DNA of 64,000 nucleotides from Alphaproteobacteria bacterium (GTDB taxonomy: Bacteria > Pseudomonadota > Alphaproteobacteria > Rs-D84): the NCBI GenBank assembly GCA_017631895.1, contig JAGBSK010000030.1:12296-76295 (forward strand), in the 5' to 3' direction. Below, piece by piece: positions 38,576 to 50,203 of this stretch. The notes beneath the pieces were generated by a model. That model did not search any database and had not been told where the DNA came from. It saw nothing but the letters and a program-made list of their open reading frames with translations. Position numbers and translations under genes: made by a program. The first letter of the stretch is position 1. Every line of letters begins with the position of its first letter.

Positions 38576-40639
38576 ATGGTGGAATCAATGCTAGAAAATC
38601 TTAATAATGAACAGCGTTTGGCGGTTGAAACAACCGACGGTCCCCTGTTGGTGTTATCTGGGGCTGGAACCGGCAAGACGCGCGTTTTAACAACCAGAAT
38701 TGCATATATATTGAACAATCATTTGGCAATGCCGTGGCAGGTTTTGGCATTAACATTTACGAACAAGGCCGCAAATGAAATGAAAAAACGTCTGGAATCG
38801 TTTTCAGACGGCGCGTGGTATGCGGGCGACATTTGGTGCGGGACTTTCCATTCAATATGCCTGCGAATTTTACGCGCCAATGCTGAACGCGTGGGACTGC
38901 GTCGCGACTTTATCATTTATGGCGAAGACGACCAAAAAAACGTTATTAAATCATTATTATCATCATCAACTAAAACCCCCGCCGACTATGTCGAAGAATT
39001 TTCCGCGATAAAAGACCGTGGATTGGTCGCATTGCAACACCGGGACAAATTATTCAACGCCTATAATGCGGAATTGGCGCGCCTGAACGCGGTTGATTTT
39101 GGTGATATTATTTTGCATGTGCTGGAATTGTTTGAAAAAAATCCAGACATCCTGTCGCGCTATCAAAATCAATTCAAGTATATTTTGGTTGATGAATTTC
39201 AGGACACAAACAACGCGCAAATGGAATTTTTGGGTTTGTTGACACGCGGGATGGACGCGCCAAACATTTGCTGTGTTGGCGATGATGACCAGTCTATTTA
39301 TTCCTGGCGCGGTGCTGAAATAAAACACATTTTGAATTTCGAGAAAACTTTCCCGAATGCACAAATTATTCGTCTTGAAACAAATTATCGCAGTACATCA
39401 AACATATTGAACGCGGCAAATTCTTTGATACGGCATAACCAAGGACGTCTGGGCAAAGACCTTCGTGCCACAGATTTGTCTGGCACCGGCGAACCTGTTT
39501 ATATTTTAACCTTGCCGACCGACCGGGACGAGGTGCGCATAATCGCCGACGCAATTGAACGCGACGCGGCGACGGATTTTACCAAATTTGCCCTGCTTAT
39601 TCGCGCGGGCAGTCTGTCCCGTATATTCGAAGAAGAATTTGCGCAACGCGGTATTCCCTACAAATTGATTGGTGCGACGAAATTCTATGACCGCATGGAA
39701 ATCCGTGATGTTATTGCATATTTACGTCTGTTGGTATACCCATTTGATGATATGTCTTTCCTGCGCGTTATTGCCAAGCCCCGCCGTGGTTTCGGGGACA
39801 AAGCAATAGCGACCTTGCGCGCGTCGGGCGGCGCATTGTTGGACGCGTTGCGCAATGCAAAACTGGCACCGAAATTGCGTGCGGCCGCGGATGAATTTTT
39901 ATCTGCATTTGATTTTGAGTGGTCGGCAATGTCGCCACGCGACGCGGCAAAAACATTACTTGAACGCACAGGGTATATGAAAATGTGGACCGATTCCAAA
40001 GATTCAGACGCCTCCGACAGAATTGCAAACATTAGCGAATTATTAACATCTGTTATTTCCAAATATGATACATTGCCTGAATTTCTGGAACAGGCGGCGT
40101 TAATGATGACCGATGATAACGATACCAACGACACGTCACAAAACACCAACACGGTCAGCATAATGACAATTCACGCAGCCAAGGGTCTGGAATTTGACAC
40201 GGTATTTTTGCCCGCCTGGGAAGACGGCATATTCCCAAACGACAAGGCAATTAACGAAGGCTCAATCGAAGAAGAACGCAGACTTGCATATGTTGCAATC
40301 ACGCGTGCGCGCCGTCGTTGTGTTATATCAAACGCCATGACACGATTTGTATTTGGTTCGCGCACCTATAATTCGCCCAGTCGTTTTATCACAGAAATGG
40401 ATAATAAATACCTAGATTTCCAGGGTGGCGCGCCACGTACATACATCCCGTCATATAATTATAATCCCGCCCCAAAACCAAAGATTCAAAAACGAATGTC
40501 CTTGGTTGGTAAATTGGTGTCGCACGACGAACTGGGGGCTGGTGTTGTTATCGAAGATGCCGGCGCGATACTTACCATCGCATTCAAAACGCGTGGTATA
40601 AAAAAAGTTGCCCGTGATTTTGTGAAAATAATCGAATAA
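38576..40639 (+). CDS. uvrD: UvrD/Rep-family ATP-dependent DNA helicase (start MVESML, not the upstream ORF-track start)
   Basis: Walker A GAGTGKT, DEFQD, other SF1 motifs. Confidence 0.85.
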   Translation: MVESMLENLNNEQRLAVETTDGPLLVLSGAGTGKTRVLTTRIAYILNNHLAMPWQVLALTFTNKAANEMKKRLESFSDGAWYAGDIWCGTFHSICLRILRANAERVGLRRDFIIYGEDDQKNVIKSLLSSSTKTPADYVEEFSAIKDRGLVALQHRDKLFNAYNAELARLNAVDFGDIILHVLELFEKNPDILSRYQNQFKYILVDEFQDTNNAQMEFLGLLTRGMDAPNICCVGDDDQSIYSWRGAEIKHILNFEKTFPNAQIIRLETNYRSTSNILNAANSLIRHNQGRLGKDLRATDLSGTGEPVYILTLPTDRDEVRIIADAIERDAATDFTKFALLIRAGSLSRIFEEEFAQRGIPYKLIGATKFYDRMEIRDVIAYLRLLVYPFDDMSFLRVIAKPRRGFGDKAIATLRASGGALLDALRNAKLAPKLRAAADEFLSAFDFEWSAMSPRDAAKTLLERTGYMKMWTDSKDSDASDRIANISELLTSVISKYDTLPEFLEQAALMMTDDNDTNDTSQNTNTVSIMTIHAAKGLEFDTVFLPAWEDGIFPNDKAINEGSIEEERRLAYVAITRARRRCVISNAMTRFVFGSRTYNSPSRFITEMDNKYLDFQGGAPRTYIPSYNYNPAPKPKIQKRMSLVGKLVSHDELGAGVVIEDAGAILTIAFKTRGIKKVARDFVKIIE

Positions 40640-40670
40640 AAACGCCGGCAAATGCCGGCATTTTTTATTG
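40640..40670. terminator. Bidirectional terminator GCCGGC-AAAT-GCCGGC + T6
   Basis: Read directly. Confidence 0.7.
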
Positions 40671-41132
40671 TTTTCTATTCTTTCTAAATTCATCCAACGA
40701 TACAACGCGTCCTGGGTCTGGTACCGTGTCAGGTTTTTCATCCAAAGGCAATTCCATATCATTATCTGTCGCGGCAGGTTGCATTTTTGTCTGGAAAGAC
40801 AGCATGAAATCCACCGATGGATCTTTGAATTCCACCAGCGCAGAAAATGGTACACGAATAAAGAACGGTCGACCATCAAATGTCAACTGAACGCCAAATT
40901 CTTTGTCCGACACATGCAGGTTGTTATAAGAATACTGCAATACAATCGTCATAATATCAGGATATCGTATGCGCAGGAAATCCGGCAACACTACGCCCGC
41001 ATCACGTGTACGAAACGTGATAAAGAAATGTGTTCCATCCCCCAATCCATTAAACTGGGCGTGAACCAGCGCGTCTTTAACGACGGATTTTAATGCGTTG
41101 TCTAACAAAGTTTGATAATCAATACGAGCCAT
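40665..41132 (-). CDS. SspB-like ClpXP adaptor (stringent starvation protein B family)
   Basis: About 155 aa, SspB-like N-domain and acidic C-terminal tail (..LDEFRKNRKQ). Confidence 0.4.
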   Translation of the reverse strand: MARIDYQTLLDNALKSVVKDALVHAQFNGLGDGTHFFITFRTRDAGVVLPDFLRIRYPDIMTIVLQYSYNNLHVSDKEFGVQLTFDGRPFFIRVPFSALVEFKDPSVDFMLSFQTKMQPAATDNDMELPLDEKPDTVPDPGRVVSLDEFRKNRKQ

Positions 41133-41138
41133 ATCTTT

Positions 41139-42233
41139 TTACTCCGCGCATACTATATTACTTATTTCCCCATTTTCGCAAGCAACAAATACAGCATCTT
41201 TTATATCTGCGAAAATTTCTGGGTCCAGTCCCGTTGCCCACACCTGTGCATTTGATGCGCCTAATGCCTGAAACATATTAGTTCGCGCGTTTTTATCCAG
41301 ATGGGCGGCTGCTTCGTCTAACAAGATTATTGGGCTGTGTCCTGTTTTTGTGTGCACCAGTTTTGCGTGTGCTAAAATCAAATCGATAATAGCGGTCTTT
41401 TGCTGCCCTGTACTGGTTAAATGTGCAGGCAGTTTTAATTCATTGTTAAACACGCCAAAGTCTGATTTGTGAGGCCCATCCAGAACCATTTTATCACCGA
41501 CCAAAACCCGATTTTGCTTTAAGTATTCCAGATATGAACGCTCGGCATCACCTGCACTCATCCCGTCTATCAGCATTTTTTCCACCATCCCAGAAACAGA
41601 TACTGCGCACCGGCTCAGGAAATAATTCAGTTCGCCTGCATATTGAATGCGTGCCACCGCCACAGCAACTGCCACCCCCGCAATTTGTATGTCCAATGCG
41701 TCAATCCAACGTGCATCCGCCCCAGATTTCAACGCATACGCCCGTTCGCTTAATAATTTAGACAATCGTGCTGTCCGTCCCGGGTGTGTGGCATCAAAAC
41801 TGGCGCACAGACGGTCAAAGAACGCACGTCTGTCGGTCGCGCTGTCCACGAACAGTCTGTCCTCGCGCGGGGTAATCCATACCACGCGAACATGTCGCGC
41901 CAGTTCAGATAATGCTGCATTATCGCCGTCAATCTTGGCACGGCGGTTTGCGTCCCCGCCCGTATATTGAACCGATATTTCTGTCTCGTCGTCCAGATTT
42001 GCAAAGACACAAAAACCACCCGCGCCATCAAACCGCGCAACATCACCCATTCCCGCACCCCGCATGCCGCGTTCGCCCGATAACATTGATACAGCTTCTA
42101 GTATGGCGGTCTTGCCCGCGCCGTTGGGACCAGTAATGATAATGTTGCGCCGACCATGGGTTTGTATTCGGCACATATTATGATTGCGAAAATCTGTTAA
42201 ACTGATGGTGTTAATCATGCGCACATAATACAA
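41139..42233 (-). CDS. recF: DNA replication and repair protein RecF
   Basis: ITGPNGAGKTAILEA Walker A, SMC-like signature, about 364 aa. Confidence 0.85.
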   Translation of the reverse strand: MYYVRMINTISLTDFRNHNMCRIQTHGRRNIIITGPNGAGKTAILEAVSMLSGERGMRGAGMGDVARFDGAGGFCVFANLDDETEISVQYTGGDANRRAKIDGDNAALSELARHVRVVWITPREDRLFVDSATDRRAFFDRLCASFDATHPGRTARLSKLLSERAYALKSGADARWIDALDIQIAGVAVAVAVARIQYAGELNYFLSRCAVSVSGMVEKMLIDGMSAGDAERSYLEYLKQNRVLVGDKMVLDGPHKSDFGVFNNELKLPAHLTSTGQQKTAIIDLILAHAKLVHTKTGHSPIILLDEAAAHLDKNARTNMFQALGASNAQVWATGLDPEIFADIKDAVFVACENGEISNIVCAE

Positions 42234-42254
42234 GAAAAACTAATTCATATACAA

Positions 42255-43346
<1,092 letters not shown>

Positions 43347-43436
43347 TTACGATTTTTTTGAACTATAAATCACGATATTCAAAAAATCAAGGAACCCCAA
43401 CAAATTTATTTGATTTCCCAGATATTGTGGTAATAT

Positions 43437-43793
43437 GTGCGCACTATGAAACGTAATACGATAAAAAATCATGCAGACTTTGCGATGGGTGAAAATGACC
43501 CAATTGCGAAAAGTGCCTATTTTCTGGTACGTGCAAAACCTGCTAAATTTCCGGGTGATGCGCGCTATGGCATGATTGTAACGAAAAAGACATTCAAGCA
43601 TGCGGTTGACCGCAATCGTGCAAAACGTATGTTGCGCGACTGGATTGCGTTTGCCGAACACATGATGCACCCAGAATGGGATTATGTCTTTATAATTCGT
43701 CGTGCAATAATTGACACCGATCGCACATCTGGTCGCACGGCGATGAAAAAGGCGTTGAATTATCTGCGCAAACAGGAAATAAATGCCGCATAA
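43437..43793 (+). CDS. rnpA: RNase P protein component
   Basis: RNR-like basic motif (KHAVDRNRAKRMLR). Confidence 0.8.
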   Translation: MRTMKRNTIKNHADFAMGENDPIAKSAYFLVRAKPAKFPGDARYGMIVTKKTFKHAVDRNRAKRMLRDWIAFAEHMMHPEWDYVFIIRRAIIDTDRTSGRTAMKKALNYLRKQEINAA

Positions 43794-44019
43794 ATTATCC
43801 CCCCTTCAACGCATGGCAATTGCCATGGTGCGCGCGTATCAGTACGCTATATCGCCCGTATTTGGTGGGCGTGCGGCGTGTCGCTTTACCCCTACGTGCA
43901 GTGAATATACTCGACAATCGATTGAAAAATATGGTGCATTTCGTGGCGCGTGGCTGGGGATTAAACGCATTTGTCGATGTCGTCCGGGTGGGGGGTATGG
44001 GTACGACCCTGTTCCTTGA
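43783..44019 (+). CDS. yidD: Membrane protein insertion efficiency factor YidD
   Basis: Conserved YQ..ISP..G..CRF.PTCSEY..Q motif; overlaps the rnpA end. Confidence 0.8.
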   Translation: MPHKLSPLQRMAIAMVRAYQYAISPVFGGRAACRFTPTCSEYTRQSIEKYGAFRGAWLGIKRICRCRPGGGYGYDPVP

Positions 44020-44086
44020 CAAAGTGTGCATATGTGGTACAATTTAAGTCTGTGCATGACAGTAAATTATACATAAAGGATTAAAT

Positions 44087-44527
44087 ATGTCATTTCGTGC
44101 AACCGTTGAATCTATGTCAAAAATCATGGACGATATGGGAATAACAGAACTTGATTTAGAACGCCAATTTTTATTTGGCGTATATCGCAAACACATACAT
44201 TTATCTAAACAACAGGCTGTTGCCGTTGCGTCCACAACAACAGCGACCGAAACAAAAACGGTTAAAACGGAATCTGGCACGCCTGTAATCAATGGACACG
44301 CATTAAAATCGCCAATGGTTGGTGTTGTGTACCTGGCACCGGAACCGGGCGCAGATGCATTTGTGTCCGTCGGCAAACAGGTTAATGCGGGCGATACGGT
44401 CGCCCTGGTCGAGGCTATGAAAACATTCAATCCAATCAAATCTGACCGCGACGGTGTTGTCAAAGAAATCTTGGTTTCTGACGGTGCGGCGGTTGAATTT
44501 GACCAGCCTTTGGTTGTAATCGAATAA
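44087..44527 (+). CDS. accB: Biotin carboxyl carrier protein of acetyl-CoA carboxylase
   Basis: Biotinylation site VEAMKTFN, Ala/Thr-rich linker. Confidence 0.85.
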   Translation: MSFRATVESMSKIMDDMGITELDLERQFLFGVYRKHIHLSKQQAVAVASTTTATETKTVKTESGTPVINGHALKSPMVGVVYLAPEPGADAFVSVGKQVNAGDTVALVEAMKTFNPIKSDRDGVVKEILVSDGAAVEFDQPLVVIE

Positions 44528-44537
44528 AAAATATAAA

Positions 44538-45887
44538 ATGCCACAAATTAAAAAAGTTTTAATTGCAAATCGCGGGGAAATTGCCCTGCGTATAATTCGT
44601 GCATGTCGCGACATGGGAATTCGCACGGTCGCGGTATATTCAACGGTTGACCGCGATGCGATGCATGTGCAACTGGCGGACGAATCCGTTTGTATTGGGC
44701 CGGGTCCTGCACGTGAATCTTATTTGAATGAATCTGCAATTCTGACGGCGGCACTTTTGACCAACGCGGACGCGATACATCCGGGTTATGGATTTTTGTC
44801 CGAACGCGCGGACTTTGCGCACAAGGTTGAACAGCACGGCATGATTTGGATTGGTCCATCGCCCGATATGATTACCAAAATGGGGGACAAGGTTAACGCC
44901 AAAAAAACGGCCATCGAATGTGGTCTGCCGGTTGTGCCTGGGTCGGATGGTGCGGTTGAAACATTGGAACACGCGTTGGAATGTGCTGAAAAAATCGGAT
45001 ATCCCGTTATGTTAAAGGCGGCATCCGGTGGCGGTGGTCGTGGCATGCGCCCCGTCAACACCCCCAACGAAATGGCCGAGGCGTATCAGTTAACCAAGAA
45101 CGAAGCGGCATCTGCGTTTGGTGATGACACGCTGTATATGGAAAAATTGTTGACGCATCCACGTCATATTGAATTCCAGGTTCTGGGCGACAAACACGGC
45201 AATGTTGTAATATTTGGCGAACGTGATTGTTCCCTGCAACGCCGCAATCAAAAGGTGATGGAAGAATGTCCCGCCGCCATTTTGACCCAGAAACAGCGCG
45301 ACGACATGATTGAAATTTGTAAAACCGCCGCGAAAAAAATGGGCTATACAAATGCCGGCACATTTGAATTTATGTTCCAAGATGGTAAATTCTATTTCCT
45401 TGAAATGAATACCAGATTACAGGTGGAACACCCTGTCACCGAAATGGTATATGGTGTTGATTTGGTTCGCGAACAAATTCGTGTTGCGGCGGGTGAAAAG
45501 TTGGGCTATACCCAGTCTAATGTAATTCCAAACGGTCATGCGATTGAATTTCGTATCAATGCCGAAGACCCTGAAACATTTATTCCAAATCCGGGGACGA
45601 TTACATTGTATGCGCCATCGGGCGGAATGGGGGTTCGTGTAGATAGCGCGGTTTATACCGGATATACAATTCCACCGACCTATGATTCGATGATTGCCAA
45701 ATTAATTGTGCATGCGCCCAATCGCCCTGCGTGCATTATGCGTGCGACGCGTGCGCTGGACGAATTTGTGATTGATGGCGTAAAAACCACAATTCCCCTG
45801 CAACAGAAATTGTTAAAGAATCGGGATGTAAAACAATTAAACTTTGACAATAAATGGTTGGAAAGTTTTTTGAAAAAAGACGAATAA
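44538..45887 (+). CDS. accC: Biotin carboxylase
   Basis: ATP-grasp motifs, 449 aa, follows accB. Confidence 0.95.
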   Translation: MPQIKKVLIANRGEIALRIIRACRDMGIRTVAVYSTVDRDAMHVQLADESVCIGPGPARESYLNESAILTAALLTNADAIHPGYGFLSERADFAHKVEQHGMIWIGPSPDMITKMGDKVNAKKTAIECGLPVVPGSDGAVETLEHALECAEKIGYPVMLKAASGGGGRGMRPVNTPNEMAEAYQLTKNEAASAFGDDTLYMEKLLTHPRHIEFQVLGDKHGNVVIFGERDCSLQRRNQKVMEECPAAILTQKQRDDMIEICKTAAKKMGYTNAGTFEFMFQDGKFYFLEMNTRLQVEHPVTEMVYGVDLVREQIRVAAGEKLGYTQSNVIPNGHAIEFRINAEDPETFIPNPGTITLYAPSGGMGVRVDSAVYTGYTIPPTYDSMIAKLIVHAPNRPACIMRATRALDEFVIDGVKTTIPLQQKLLKNRDVKQLNFDNKWLESFLKKDE

Positions 45888-45916
45888 AAAACCGGCAAAT
45901 GCCGGTTTTTTATTGT
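45888..45916. terminator. Bidirectional terminator ACCGGC-AAAT-GCCGGT + T6
   Basis: Read directly. Confidence 0.7.
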
Positions 45917-48168
45917 TAACTTGCTGTGTTTTGCTGGCATGTGCCATATGGATTGCGCTTATAGCCACTTTGGCACTGAATCATGCACGATGTTCCCCAT
46001 GCCTCATAACCCTTGCCAGGATTGTTACCATTGTTGTAATCATTACACTTACAGTGCGAATTTACATATTCTTTGCCGTTGCCGATTGAACTTGCCGACG
46101 CTTCTGTCGCGACGTACGTAGAATTATCTGGACATAACAACGACTGATAGAACATAGATGATATTCCTTCTATGTATTGATCATCGCTTGTGGTTCCTGT
46201 ATTCACGACCGAACATTCGCTTGAAGCCACAGTGCCGTCTTGGTTTGTATCATAACACAACTTTACATCACTGTTATAAAACACTGCGTATGCACATGTT
46301 AATGCAACATTGCGGCATGCGCCACGCATTACGTTATAAACGCTGCTGACGCTGGCGGATGACGACCATGCGTTCACCTGGGTTACCTGTTGGTTATAGC
46401 ATTGTGCAATATCAACCATACAGGTTGATGCATAGTCTGAAATTGCCTGGTGCTGGGCGGCGCGGATGTTTGTCATTGCGCGCTGGACAAAGTTCACAAC
46501 AACATCGTTCCATGGATTATACGTCCCGTCTGCATCGTATGTATATCGCTGACACTTGTCCAGAACCGCGCGACACAGCCCTTCGTCCGTGACATTTTGC
46601 TTTGTGCCGATTTTCTGCAACAAATATTTCGCAACACACGACCCGTCGTTTCCACCGTTTGTATTTTCTGTTGCAGTCTTGGCACATCCATCTGTGCCAC
46701 TACTTATAGTTTGTTTTTCATACGCGTCCGATAAAAATGTATCATCAATTTTTGCATTATTATACCCGGTCATAAAATCCAGAATATCTGAAATTTTCTG
46801 CCCCAGGACAACTTCGCCATTTTCATCGATATATTTTTTTGTTGGGTCCACGCATTTGAAATAGTTGTTGCCACAAACCATATCGTCTTTCATGCATGTT
46901 TCAAGTGCGCCAATACAGCCCTTGGCGTCATATGCATTTTTGTTTTGCAACACGGCCAGACGTGCCTTTTGCAACATGCGGTTTGCGCTGCGCACATTGG
47001 ACACCAAAGTTTCATTCATTTTTTTCAGACCGTTTTCATACGCCACACAATCCTTGTCAATCGCCAGGTCATAGTTCCCGGTAATTTGACCCGCGGTTGC
47101 GCCCGCTTTCTTGCATTGGGTAATAACAGAATTACAACGTTTTTTTGCCGCGTTGTATAATTCACGTCCGCGCAGATTTGAAAAACTGCCACTGGAATCT
47201 GTGTTCAAGAAATCTAAACTGAACATATCGGCGGTGTCCGACGTAAAGTCTAAATCCATATCCAACCCAATGGATGTATCGGAATAATAAGATGTATTTG
47301 ATACCGGGTCGCGGATTAAATCTTCGATTTCTTCCAGCATATTGCGCGTTTCGGACGTATCAACCGCCCCCGACAATGCTTCTTCTGCTTCGGTCTCGGT
47401 CATAATGGCGCGAATTTCATCCGCGGACAATCCGACGTATCTGATGCGTTGTGCAACCTCGTTCAGTTGCTGGTTTGCGTCTTTGACGGCTTCTTCTACC
47501 TTGGTATATTGGCTAAGATTTGCAGAACAGGAACACCGACCCTGGTTTGCGTCAACAACCGCGCAGAACTGGTCCATACATTCGTTATACTGTTCTTGGC
47601 ACGATTTGTTTAATGTCGCTGTCTGTTCAAGGCGACTTGTCGCCTCGGCGATTTCTTCGGCGGTTGCCTTGGACGCGACGCGTGATTTTACACCACGTAC
47701 AACCTCGTCTACGTTGGAACCGGTCTGAATGCCCGTATCGCCAATGGTAGCGCGTCCGCCAACCTCGGCCGTGGATGGGCGCAAGGTCAGCCCCGCACGA
47801 CGTACGGCGGGATTGCTGTTAATGCTTGCCTTGGTTACCCGTTCATTGCGTCCGACGGTGTTCACCGCCGCTTCTAAATTAGAACGTGCAGAATTTTTTT
47901 CGGTTTTATTCGTTCCAACTGCGCGGGATGCAACCGTACCTGTGCGCGATTGAGTTGTGCCGTCCGTTTCCGTGCCCGAAAAAACACGCGATACCGCCGT
48001 ACGCGCAGGCGTATTTGTTGTCGCCCGATTTGCCGTCCCACGCGACGTGTTATTCGTTGTCGCCATCTCGCCTGTTGTTGGAATTGCACGCGAAACAGCG
48101 CCGTCGGCACACAAAGTGCCGGGCGCAACAGCCATCAACGCAAAAAAGCACGTCAGCAGTTTTCTCAT
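45916..48168 (-). CDS. Large secreted Cys-rich protein (Thr/Arg/Ala-rich low-complexity N-region, many Cys in the C-terminal half), unknown function
   Basis: Signal peptide MRKLLTCFFALMAVAPGTLCA, more than 30 Cys, no enzymatic motif. Confidence 0.45.
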   Translation of the reverse strand: MRKLLTCFFALMAVAPGTLCADGAVSRAIPTTGEMATTNNTSRGTANRATTNTPARTAVSRVFSGTETDGTTQSRTGTVASRAVGTNKTEKNSARSNLEAAVNTVGRNERVTKASINSNPAVRRAGLTLRPSTAEVGGRATIGDTGIQTGSNVDEVVRGVKSRVASKATAEEIAEATSRLEQTATLNKSCQEQYNECMDQFCAVVDANQGRCSCSANLSQYTKVEEAVKDANQQLNEVAQRIRYVGLSADEIRAIMTETEAEEALSGAVDTSETRNMLEEIEDLIRDPVSNTSYYSDTSIGLDMDLDFTSDTADMFSLDFLNTDSSGSFSNLRGRELYNAAKKRCNSVITQCKKAGATAGQITGNYDLAIDKDCVAYENGLKKMNETLVSNVRSANRMLQKARLAVLQNKNAYDAKGCIGALETCMKDDMVCGNNYFKCVDPTKKYIDENGEVVLGQKISDILDFMTGYNNAKIDDTFLSDAYEKQTISSGTDGCAKTATENTNGGNDGSCVAKYLLQKIGTKQNVTDEGLCRAVLDKCQRYTYDADGTYNPWNDVVVNFVQRAMTNIRAAQHQAISDYASTCMVDIAQCYNQQVTQVNAWSSSASVSSVYNVMRGACRNVALTCAYAVFYNSDVKLCYDTNQDGTVASSECSVVNTGTTSDDQYIEGISSMFYQSLLCPDNSTYVATEASASSIGNGKEYVNSHCKCNDYNNGNNPGKGYEAWGTSCMIQCQSGYKRNPYGTCQQNTAS

Positions 48169-48208
48169 TCTCTTGCGCGAATTATATCATAAAAAAACAA
48201 TTAAGTCA

Positions 48209-49234
48209 TTAAAAAGTCAATCGAAGTCCCACCGAAATAAACGGTGTTTGTGATGTTATGCCACCTGAAATCCAACCGTCAACATTTTCGCTGTATTTAT
48301 AACGAAAAGACGCAATTGCCATATGGTCGGCAAAATCATCAACATCTGATTGCCACACACCCGTATCGGAAAACATGTACGTCAAAGATACACTGTATCG
48401 CAACAAATCATAACTGACCCCGGTACCGACAACAAAACCATCCGAAATTTCACCGACCGGGTTGTTGTCATATATCACACGTGCGGTTGTTCCCCACACC
48501 CAACTGTTATACTGCAAATTCATTCCCAGCGACATCTGACCGCGCCAATCGGCGGTAACGCCTGGGGTATAAACCTCGTTATCAAAGTCGCGTGGATTGT
48601 CCATAAAAGATACACCAAATGAATACGCGGTTTTGACCTTGCCCGATGGGCGACGAATTTTTAATCCCGCATCCATCGCATAGTCATAATTTGACGCAAA
48701 TCCGGACGCAGACACACCGTACTGCACACCATTTGTCGGGCTTGACACGACATTAATGCGTGGGTCGCTGCGCCCAGATGTCAGTGTGGTGTCCGCAATT
48801 ATGGGGCCAGATGGGATAATTTTTTCATTATACAGCGGTCTGTCATTTATGCGCAATCCCCCGACATCAGGCAACCCTACCCCCAGTTTTCGCGCAATTG
48901 AATCAGTTAAGCCAAATTCAATGCGTCCATATTCGCGTGATTCTATATAACCAAATGTTTCGCGGGAAAAGTTTCCTTTATCCAATGCCGCCTTGTCCAG
49001 CGCATAAACCGCGCCAAATTTATATTCATCGTTAATATCGTATGTCAATTGTGCGCGTCCGCGCCAGTCGCCGATACCCAACGGTGATTCAAAATCGGGG
49101 TTAATAAACCCACCTGTTGCATATCCGGTAAGTTTTGCGGAAAATTTTCCCATGTCATACTGCAACGCAATCGCCGCATTTGGCACGACAAAAATAATCG
49201 CCAATGCGGTATATAATTTTTTCATCCCCAACAT
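48209..49234 (-). CDS. Porin-like outer-membrane beta-barrel protein
   Basis: Signal peptide, amphipathic beta strands, C-terminal GLRLTF. Confidence 0.55.
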   Translation of the reverse strand: MLGMKKLYTALAIIFVVPNAAIALQYDMGKFSAKLTGYATGGFINPDFESPLGIGDWRGRAQLTYDINDEYKFGAVYALDKAALDKGNFSRETFGYIESREYGRIEFGLTDSIARKLGVGLPDVGGLRINDRPLYNEKIIPSGPIIADTTLTSGRSDPRINVVSSPTNGVQYGVSASGFASNYDYAMDAGLKIRRPSGKVKTAYSFGVSFMDNPRDFDNEVYTPGVTADWRGQMSLGMNLQYNSWVWGTTARVIYDNNPVGEISDGFVVGTGVSYDLLRYSVSLTYMFSDTGVWQSDVDDFADHMAIASFRYKYSENVDGWISGGITSQTPFISVGLRLTF

Positions 49235-50149
49235 TTAATTTTGTTCCCCTGTTTCCTTTAATATCGCGTCGCGCAGTTTATTATATGCACGTTCTTCGAT
49301 TTGTCGTACGCGTTCACGTGAAATTCCGTATTTCTGGGACAGCGATTCCAACGTTGCCACAGGTTGTGTCAGTCTGCGTGCGGTCAATATCGCGCGATCG
49401 CGTTCAGACATTTGTGCCAAATGTTTTTTCAATAAATCATAGCCCCGCCGACGAAATTCAATCTGTTCCAATGTTTCTTCAATTGTTTCGCGATTGTCCG
49501 CCATATTAGATAAAATGTCCGTCGCGCCATCATCTGAATTTAACGGCGCATTCAGCGATACATCACGCGCGCCCACACGCGTTGCCATGCGTTCAACATC
49601 CTTTTCCGGCACGTCCAGATATTGGGCGATTTGTTTGGTTTGTTCGTCTGATAAATTATTGTCCATAATCCCCAATGCGCGTTTTGCCCGCGCCAGGTTA
49701 AAGAACACACGCTTTTGATTTGCGGACGTTCCAATTCGCACAATAGACCAGTTGTTCAGAATGGTTTCGTAAATTTCCGCCTTGATCCAGAACATCGCGT
49801 ATGTTGAAAAACGAAAGCCCTTGTCTGGGTCGAATTTTTGCAACGCCTGCATCAGTCCCATATTCCCACTTGCAATCAGTTCCCCGACGGGAATTCCATA
49901 GTTTTTATAATCGTACGCCACCGACACAACCAGTCGCAAATGACTGGCCACTAATTTTTCTGCCGCGAACTTGTCCTGATTTTGTACCCATTTTGTTGCG
50001 TATTCGTATTCTTGTTCCGCGGTCAGAACGGGAATTTTCTGAACGTTTTGAATATACTGCGCCAATGACGCGTCATCACTAACCCCGCGTGCGGCGACAA
50101 TGTTGGTGCTGTTTTTTACCGGTAATGTGGTCTTGATTTCCTTACTCAT
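49235..50149 (-). CDS. rpoH: RNA polymerase sigma-32 factor
   Basis: Sigma-70 regions 2-4 plus RpoH-box-like QKRVFFNLARAKR. Confidence 0.85.
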   Translation of the reverse strand: MSKEIKTTLPVKNSTNIVAARGVSDDASLAQYIQNVQKIPVLTAEQEYEYATKWVQNQDKFAAEKLVASHLRLVVSVAYDYKNYGIPVGELIASGNMGLMQALQKFDPDKGFRFSTYAMFWIKAEIYETILNNWSIVRIGTSANQKRVFFNLARAKRALGIMDNNLSDEQTKQIAQYLDVPEKDVERMATRVGARDVSLNAPLNSDDGATDILSNMADNRETIEETLEQIEFRRRGYDLLKKHLAQMSERDRAILTARRLTQPVATLESLSQKYGISRERVRQIEERAYNKLRDAILKETGEQN

Positions 50150-50203
50150 AACTTTTATAGTATATCATAAATAAATAATTATCAAGCACAGGAGAATAGT
50201 ATC

